From a plasmid: a DNA stretch of 5,142 bases. Each line of letters opens with the position of its first letter. Within the stretch, counting starts at the first letter, position 1. Below, in pieces: positions 1 through 5,142 of the stretch. Under the pieces are notes generated by a model, which was not told the DNA's origin, searched no databases, and was given only the letters and a program-made list of their open reading frames with translations. The stretch lies in the sequence record NC_019185.1, one strand, 5' to 3'. The position numbers were made by a program, and so were the translations under genes.

Positions 1-8
1 AAAAAACA

Positions 9-50
9 GGGCTGAAAGCCCAAAAAGAGCCGAAAGGCTCTATTTTTTTA
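9..50. terminator. Pair of adjacent GC hairpins forming a probable bidirectional intrinsic terminator at the replicon boundary
   Basis: gggctgaaagccc (9-21) and agagccgaaaggctct (26-41). Hairpin 2 is followed by tattttttta on the + strand. On the minus strand hairpin 1 is followed by tgtttttt (8-1). Confidence 0.5.
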
Positions 51-116
51 TATTTTATATTTTTATCTTGTTTTCGGATAGGCTAGAGCCTTTATTTGCA
101 AGGGTTGTGGATTTTA
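51..116. other. AT-rich putative DNA-unwinding region of oriV with a DnaA-box-like 9-mer
   Basis: Very AT-rich tract immediately upstream of the iterons. tgtggattt at 106-114 reads AAATCCACA on the minus strand, matching the TTATCCACA consensus at 7 of 9 positions. Confidence 0.4.
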
Positions 117-204
117 AATATGTAGAAATTTGTCGTTTAATATGTAGAAATTTGTCGTTTAATATGTAGAAATTTGTCGTTTAATATGTAGAAATTTGTC
201 GTTA
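117..204 (+). repeat. Four tandem 22-bp iterons (aatatgtagaaatttgtcgttt), Rep-binding direct repeats of oriV
   Basis: Exact 22-bp units at 117-138, 139-160 and 161-182. The fourth unit at 183-204 ends gtta. The 22-bp period is two helical turns. The units sit directly upstream of the rep gene. Confidence 0.85.
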
Positions 205-283
205 CTATGTAAACCATATTTACTTTTTACATAGTTTTGTTATTATGTAGAAAGATAATTTCTTTACATAGATTTGGTGACCT
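205..283 (+). promoter_or_regulatory. rep promoter/operator: candidate -35 tttact (219-224) and -10 tattat (241-246), overlapped by inverted half-iteron repeats; RBS ggtga 276-280
   Basis: Inverted repeat pairs ctatgtaaa (205-213) / tttacatag (226-234) and atgtagaaag (245-254) / ctttacatag (262-271) reuse the iteron core atgta(g)aaa. This is the usual autorepression operator arrangement for Rep_3 initiators. Confidence 0.5.
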
Positions 284-1276
284 ATGACAAATGACCTTAC
301 AGTGGTGAAAGCGAATAGTTTGATTGAGGCTAGTTATCGCCTGACATTGGACGAAATGAGATTGTTAGCTTTAACGATTGGAACAATGAACCCAAAAAGC
401 GATCAGCAAGTGTTCGAGTTTTCGGTGTCTGAATTTGTAAATCAATTTCCTGATGTGAACGTAGATAGGGCGTACACACAAATAAAATCAGCGATTGAGC
501 GTATTTCTGAACGTTGGGTAAAGACGGAAGATGAAAGGCACGTTACTAAATTTAGATGGGTGTCGTCTCAAACGTATTTCAAGAAAGAGGGGCGATTTAA
601 AATAGCCCTAACCAATGAAATTATGCCTTATTTAACGCAGTTAAAAGGGCAATTTACCCAATATCAACTTAATCATATCTCTGGTTTTACGAGTGTTCAT
701 ACAATGCGTTTTTATGAGTTGCTAACTCAATACAAACGGGTTGGACAACGCTATATCACTATTGAAGATTTGAAAAAATGGTTGCAACTTGAAGATAAAT
801 ACAATTTGTGGGCTGAGTTACAACGTTGGGTTATAAAACCGTCGTTAAATGAAATTAACGAAAAATCAGATCTCTTTGTTGAATATGAGCCAATGAAAAA
901 AGGGCGAAAAGTTACAGGTATTGAGTTTAGTATCACATACGAAAAACCAGTAAAAAAACGCCCAGCATTTCCGCATAAAAACAAGTACGGTACTTTCGTT
1001 AAATTTAATGCTCAAGATCCAAAATTCAGCTCTCACGAATATTCAGTTTATGCTAAAGATTGCCTAAAAATACTAGATGATTTTTATAGTGATCTAGCTG
1101 ATGTTACGTTAGAAGATTTGGTTTTTTATGCGAAGTTTTTAGCGGTCAATCAAAGCCATAAATCAAAGTTTGGGAAAGAGCGAAATATCTGGGCTGAATT
1201 GAAAAAGAGAGGTTATAAGCTATCGCAATATGAATTGGTTGAAATACCAAAAAATCAAATAGATTTTGTTGAGTAA
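284..1276 (+). CDS. rep: Plasmid replication initiator protein, Rep_3 (iteron-binding RepA/RepB-like) family, 330 aa
   Basis: The N-terminus [32 protein letters not shown] matches the conserved Rep_3 N-terminal motif (LVvK.N.LIeA.Y.L.L.EqRLlll). The size is typical of the family. The gene is preceded by iterons and an operator. Confidence 0.88.
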   Translation: MTNDLTVVKANSLIEASYRLTLDEMRLLALTIGTMNPKSDQQVFEFSVSEFVNQFPDVNVDRAYTQIKSAIERISERWVKTEDERHVTKFRWVSSQTYFKKEGRFKIALTNEIMPYLTQLKGQFTQYQLNHISGFTSVHTMRFYELLTQYKRVGQRYITIEDLKKWLQLEDKYNLWAELQRWVIKPSLNEINEKSDLFVEYEPMKKGRKVTGIEFSITYEKPVKKRPAFPHKNKYGTFVKFNAQDPKFSSHEYSVYAKDCLKILDDFYSDLADVTLEDLVFYAKFLAVNQSHKSKFGKERNIWAELKKRGYKLSQYELVEIPKNQIDFVE

Positions 1277-1311
1277 ACTATGAAAAAAATTGAACAATAA
1301 GGTGGTTTATA

Positions 1312-1401
1312 ATGTGTACTTTAATGCAAAAAGATAGCTTAATTCATTTAGTTGCTGAAGCTCAAGCAACATTAACATTAAGAATTGATCCAGGGGTCTG
1401 A
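1312..1401 (+). pseudogene. 5' fragment of a small ORF disrupted by the bla element. The present reading frame is a 29-codon fusion that terminates inside the Tn3 IRR.
   Basis: Good RBS (aaggtgg 1300-1306) and ATG at 1312. The frame continues exactly into the right flank at 2994-3152 once the element and one TSD copy are removed. Confidence 0.55.
1388..1392. repeat. 5-bp target-site duplication (atcca), left copy
   Basis: Identical pentamer at 2989-2993, immediately outside the other IRR copy. A 5-bp TSD is the Tn3-family signature. Confidence 0.75.
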
Positions 1402-1430
1402 CGCTCAGTGGAACGAAAACTCACGTTAAG
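1393..1430 (+). repeat. Tn3-family 38-bp terminal inverted repeat (IRR), left end of element
   Basis: ggggtctgacgctcagtggaacgaaaactcacgttaag is the canonical Tn3 IR sequence. Confidence 0.9.
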
Positions 1431-1454
1431 GGATTTTGGTCATGAGATTATCAA

Positions 1455-1478
1455 AAAGGATCTTCACCTAGATCCTTT
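1455..1478 (-). terminator. bla intrinsic terminator hairpin (aaaggatct/agatccttt)
   Basis: 9-bp stem with a 6-nt loop. On the minus strand it is followed by ttttt. A second copy lies at about 2903-2932 inside the inverted duplicate. Confidence 0.55.
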
Positions 1479-1539
1479 TAAATTAAAAATGAAGTTTTAA
1501 ATCAATCTAAAGTATATATGAGTAAACTTGGTCTGACAG

Positions 1540-2841
<1,302 letters not shown>

Positions 2842-2950
2842 CTGTCAGACCAAGTTTACTCATATATACTTTAGATTGATTTAAAACTTCATTTTTAATT
2901 TAAAAGGATCTAGGTGAAGATCCTTTTTGATAATCTCATGACCAAAATCC

Positions 2951-2988
2951 CTTAACGTGAGTTTTCGTTCCACTGAGCGTCAGACCCC
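2951..2988 (-). repeat. Second copy of the Tn3 38-bp IRR, inverted, forming the right end of the element
   Basis: cttaacgtgagttttcgttccactgagcgtcagacccc is the reverse complement of 1393-1430. Confidence 0.9.
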
Positions 2989-2993
2989 ATCCA
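2989..2993. repeat. 5-bp target-site duplication (atcca), right copy
   Basis: Matches 1388-1392. Both copies occupy the same codon phase of the interrupted ORF. Confidence 0.75.
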
Positions 2994-3152
2994 CAAGCTC
3001 CATTTTCTGATGATGAATTAAGACTAGGAGAAATTCATAATTTTATTTATGACAGTTCTCCTGATGATATTGATTTTAACTCTCTTTCAGAAGAAATTAT
3101 GAGCATAGACAGCAAATATAAGAGTCTTCCTATACTAGAACAGTATTTATAA
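2994..3152 (+). pseudogene. 3' fragment (52 codons plus stop) of the small ORF split by the bla element
   Basis: Open frame QAPFSDDELRLGEIHNFIYDSSPDDIDFNSLSEEIMSIDSKYKSLPILEQYL-stop. It is in phase with the 1312 ORF once the insertion is removed. There is no start codon of its own. Confidence 0.55.
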
Positions 3153-3189
3153 ATCTTTTATCGGAAAAATCTAATCATTGAAAATGCAA

Positions 3190-3228
3190 AAATAGCGTTA
3201 AATTGGCGTAGCCTGTTTAATGCTATTT
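3190..3228 (+). other. 13-bp imperfect inverted repeat (aaatagcgttaaa / tttaatgctattt) with a 13-nt spacer and a T-run after it: weak terminator or accessory oriT repeat
   Basis: 12 of 13 positions are complementary. It is followed by tttttgtatt. Confidence 0.3.
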
Positions 3229-3253
3229 TTGTATTCAGCAACCGAAGCGATAG

Positions 3254-3323
3254 CGTAGGGCGGTAGAACCCCGTAGGGCGAATGAACTTTGCTTGCAAAG
3301 TATAATGAGCTATACTTATGTAG
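3254..3323 (+). other. Putative MobV-type oriT: direct repeats cgtagggcg (x2), then overlapping inverted repeats actttgc/gcaaagt (3286-3301) and aagtata-atgagc-tatactt (3298-3317)
   Basis: It lies immediately upstream of the relaxase gene. The architecture resembles the pMV158 oriT (aaagtata-gtgtgt-tatacttta), recalled from memory. Confidence 0.55.
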
Positions 3324-3342
3324 TAAAAGTGGGGGGCAACCT

Positions 3343-4614
3343 ATGAGCAAATTAGTCTGTAATTTCGATAAATATAAGGGCGTTCAGCTCTACGGAATGG
3401 ATATTCATATCCAACGGAAAACGGACAACCATTCAAACAAAGATATTGATTTAAGTCGCAAGCATTTGAATTATGAATTGGTAGCCGAACATCAAAACGA
3501 GCACTATTACACAAGGGCGAAAAACCGTATCGAACAGGGTTACACGGGAAAGAGAAAAATCCGTAAAGACGGAGTTTGGACTGGGAACGTAATCATTTCG
3601 TCTGATCAGGAATTTTTTAAAAAACTTACCCCGGAACAAGAACGGGAATTTTTTAAAACCGCATACGATTTCTATTGCGAAAAATACGGAAAAGAAAACG
3701 TAATTTCCGCTATGGTTCACAAAGACGAAACCACACCGCATTTACACTTGTTAATTGTACCTTTAACGAAAGACGGTAGATTATGTGCGAAAGAATTATT
3801 TGATAGGGAAGCACTCAGATCATTTCACGATATTATTGCAAAACGCCTACAACAACGTGGTTTTAATATCGAACGTGGCGAACGCAACGCAAAAGTAAAG
3901 CGAATAGAAACGGACGAGTACAAACGCTTGAAAAAAGATAATCAAGTAACCGTAAAAATAAATCCAAATGATACCGTTGCAACCGTTTTAGAAAAGAAAT
4001 TGATTGGTGCTGATGTTAAGGAAACGCCCGAACAGATCGCAAATCGATTAACTCAAAAATACGTTAAACCATTAACTGATGAATTAACGGATTTGAGAAC
4101 GGAAAAGGCATTATCCGAAAAGAGAAATGACGCTATAAAATACGCTAAAGCATTTTCCCAAAGCCGAGAAAATGAGTTTATAGCCCTGTACCACTCGTTG
4201 AAAGAATTTGGCGAAAAACACGTTTCTACCGCACTAGAAAAAATCCAAAACCTAGTATCGAAGTTAAATACCGAAAAACAAAAAGAGCGTGAACAGCGAG
4301 CTCTAGAAAGAGAAAAAGAGCTGAAAGAAAAACAGCGTAACAATCAATTTGCCCAGTACCGTGAACCAGATAGCCTGTATTCTGTGCTTGATTTTGGTAA
4401 AGCTCCGTATCAGTTTGAAGATAACGGAAAACCGTCTTATTACATTGCCGTACAAGCCCAAAATGAACGCCCAAAAATCTTATGGGGAACAGAATATCAA
4501 GATCAAATTCAAGCATTGAATATTCGTAATGGCGATATTGTGCGGTTAAATGGCTCTAAAATCGAGCGTGCTGAAGAAATTAACCATAAGGCAAGCAAAG
4601 GTGTGAAAATTTAA
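3343..4614 (+). CDS. mob: MobV-family (Mob_Pre, pMV158 MobM-like) plasmid mobilization relaxase, 423 aa
   Basis: N-terminus MSKLVCNFDKYKG…HSNKDIDLSRKHLNYEL. Motif I HIQR is present, with the His at residue 22 as in MobM. Motif III is VHKDETTPHLHLLIVP (HxDE…PHxH). There is a lysine- and glutamate-rich, probably coiled-coil, middle region. The ATG at 3343 is preferred over 3289 because the MobV N-terminus begins there and a G-rich RBS (gtgggggg) precedes it. Confidence 0.9.
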   Translation: MSKLVCNFDKYKGVQLYGMDIHIQRKTDNHSNKDIDLSRKHLNYELVAEHQNEHYYTRAKNRIEQGYTGKRKIRKDGVWTGNVIISSDQEFFKKLTPEQEREFFKTAYDFYCEKYGKENVISAMVHKDETTPHLHLLIVPLTKDGRLCAKELFDREALRSFHDIIAKRLQQRGFNIERGERNAKVKRIETDEYKRLKKDNQVTVKINPNDTVATVLEKKLIGADVKETPEQIANRLTQKYVKPLTDELTDLRTEKALSEKRNDAIKYAKAFSQSRENEFIALYHSLKEFGEKHVSTALEKIQNLVSKLNTEKQKEREQRALEREKELKEKQRNNQFAQYREPDSLYSVLDFGKAPYQFEDNGKPSYYIAVQAQNERPKILWGTEYQDQIQALNIRNGDIVRLNGSKIERAEEINHKASKGVKI

Positions 4615-4672
4615 AAAAATCGCTTAAATCGCTTTAAATTGCGTTTTTTTTGCTAACGCCCTGCGGTTGTTG

Positions 4673-4720
4673 AACCCTTAAAAAACTCAAAAAACCAGTT
4701 TTTGAGCTTTTTCAAGGGTT
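4673..4720 (+). terminator. Long imperfect hairpin with an inner stem ctcaaaaa/tttttgag (4686-4706), loop accag, followed by cttttt: probable mob terminator
   Basis: Outer arms aaccctt (4673-4679) / aagggtt (4714-4720). The T-run is at 4708-4712. Confidence 0.45.
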
Positions 4721-4776
4721 ATGAGACTTCGGATTTACGGTCGTTTTTCTGACAAAAAATAAAAAAAACAAGGGTC
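4709..4776 (+). repeat. Direct repeat copy A (~68 bp; core gggttatgagacttcNNatttNcggtcgtttttctgacaaaaaa)
   Basis: It aligns with 5089-5142 plus the first ~10 nt of the window, with 3 mismatches and small A-run length differences. Confidence 0.85.
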
Positions 4777-4799
4777 ACCAGTAGAACCAGTAACCCTTG
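4765..4799 (-). terminator. Intrinsic terminator for the minus-strand lipoprotein gene: hairpin caagggt…acccttg (4769-4799), followed on the minus strand by a long T tract (complement of the A-run 4751-4768)
   Basis: 7-bp stem with a 17-nt loop. The minus-strand reading is acccttg…caagggttttttttattttttgtcag. Confidence 0.5.
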
Positions 4800-4811
4800 A
4801 AAACTTAGCAT

Positions 4812-4949
4812 TTAGTCGCTACACTTAGTGCAACAACAATTAACGCATACGTTTTTTTGTTGAGTGTCGTTTAAACCGCGAGTGCTTGCGCATCCGGCAA
4901 GATACAGGCAAGCTCCCACGGTTAGAACGGTTTTAATGAGTGAACTCAT
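4812..4949 (-). CDS. Small cysteine-rich lipoprotein precursor, 45 aa (MSSLIKTVLTVGACLYLAG|CASTRGLNDTQQKNVCVNCCCTKCSD)
   Basis: ATG at 4949-4947 with the Shine-Dalgarno AGAGGA 7 nt upstream (complement of 4957-4962). Canonical type II signal peptide: n-region with Lys, hydrophobic core, lipobox LAG-C. The mature 26-aa peptide has 6 Cys. The longer ORF-track start (5048) lacks an RBS and would bury the signal peptide. Confidence 0.6.
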   Translation of the reverse strand: MSSLIKTVLTVGACLYLAGCASTRGLNDTQQKNVCVNCCCTKCSD

Positions 4950-4991
4950 TTCAACGTCCTCTGTTGCGGTTCTACCTCGAATTGAACGAAG

Positions 4992-5019
4992 TTGATAACA
5001 CATCAGGGGAGCTTGTCGA
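4992..5019 (-). promoter_or_regulatory. Candidate sigma70 promoter for the lipoprotein gene (minus strand: -35 tcgaca = complement of 5014-5019; 16-bp spacer; -10 tatcaa = complement of 4992-4997)
   Basis: Hexamers read by eye, with appropriate spacing to the RBS and ATG. The -35 lies in the loop of the 5006-5038 hairpin. Confidence 0.3.
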
Positions 5020-5038
5020 GGAACTAAATCAGCTCCCC
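5006..5038. other. 8-bp GC-rich inverted repeat ggggagct…agctcccc with a 17-nt loop, overlapping the candidate promoter
   Basis: Perfect 8-bp arms. There is no flanking T-run, so it is not a terminator. It could be an operator or protein-binding site. Confidence 0.4.
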
Positions 5039-5064
5039 CGACACCCAAAAATTATTTTATCAGA

Positions 5065-5095
5065 AACCGTCCACTTTGGGCGGTTTTGTTTTTAT
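5065..5095 (+). terminator. Intrinsic terminator (+ strand): aaccgtcc-acttt-gggcggtt hairpin followed by ttgtttttat
   Basis: 8-bp stem (one G-U pair) with a T-run after it. It is positionally equivalent to the hairpin that precedes repeat copy A. Confidence 0.5.
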
Positions 5096-5142
5096 GGGTT
5101 ATGAGACTTCAAATTTGCGGTCGTTTTTCTGACAAAAAAATA
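5089..5142 (+). repeat. Direct repeat copy B. Homology continues across the window end into positions 1 to ~10.
   Basis: See copy A. The run …ctgacaaaaaaata|aaaaaacaggg parallels …ctgacaaaaaataaaaaaaacaaggg. Confidence 0.85.

Noticed and set aside
117-204. Short tandem repeat array that might be mistaken for CRISPR
   Set aside because: The units are directly abutting with no spacers, they sit upstream of a rep gene, and their cores recur in the promoter. They are iterons.
751-984. 77-aa minus-strand ORF inside rep
   Set aside because: It is antisense to a well-supported Rep_3 gene. It is hydrophobic, low-complexity, and has no RBS.
1280-1300. Six-codon ORF atgaaaaaaattgaacaataa
   Set aside because: Too short to assess. 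It overlaps the RBS region of the downstream small ORF.
3289-3342. Upstream start (MLAKYNELYLCSKSGGQP…) for the mob ORF
   Set aside because: The extension overlaps the oriT inverted repeats and has no RBS. The conserved MobV N-terminus and a G-rich RBS begin at the ATG at 3343.
3451-4516. Three 96-aa minus-strand ORFs inside mob
   Set aside because: They are antisense to the MobV relaxase, Phe/Ser-rich and low-complexity, and have no translation signals.
4716-4760. Possible Xer/dif-like site in the direct-repeat core (ttatgagactt)
   Set aside because: Only the TTATG pentamer resembles the XerD arm. There is no XerC-arm-like gcgcataa and no 6-bp central-region geometry.
4950-5048. Longer version of the lipoprotein ORF starting at 5048 or 5003
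   Set aside because: There is no Shine-Dalgarno sequence before either ATG, and the extension would place 33 or 18 polar residues in front of the signal peptide. The internal ATG at 4949 has AGAGGA at ideal spacing.

Overview
The window reads as a complete, or nearly complete, small circular mobilizable resistance plasmid of about 5.1 kb. The last ~55 bp of the window plus the first ~10 bp together repeat a segment at 4709-4776, so the sequence appears to wrap around. Four modules are visible. (1) An iteron-type replicon: bidirectional terminator hairpins, an AT-rich region with a DnaA-box-like 9-mer, four perfect 22-bp iterons, an autoregulated promoter overlapped by inverted half-iterons, and a Rep_3-family initiator gene at 284-1276. 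(2) A 1,596-bp Tn3-family-derived pseudo-transposon at 1393-2988. It carries wild-type blaTEM-1 on the minus strand and is bounded by two inverted copies of the 38-bp Tn3 IRR. These lie inside perfect 346-bp inverted repeats, and the element is flanked by a 5-bp target-site duplication (atcca). It has inserted into, and split, a small ~79-codon ORF that lies immediately downstream of rep. The bla promoter region carries a 54-bp tandem duplication that creates a second promoter with an improved -35 hexamer. (3) A MobV (Pre/Mob, pMV158 MobM-like) relaxase gene at 3343-4614, with a pMV158-like oriT inverted-repeat cluster just upstream. (4) A compact, insulated minus-strand cassette at 4765-5095 for a 45-aa cysteine-rich lipoprotein. 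The cassette has its own promoter, Shine-Dalgarno sequence, lipobox and terminator, and is bracketed by ~68-bp direct repeats that are each preceded by a terminator hairpin. I regard this cassette as the least explained and most interesting element. The backbone (rep, mob, lipoprotein cassette) is AT-rich, consistent with a low-GC Gram-negative host such as the Pasteurellaceae, while the bla element is visibly GC-richer. From memory, the overall architecture resembles the small blaTEM-1 plasmids of Haemophilus and the 'Prpt' promoter variant. I cannot verify that identity here.
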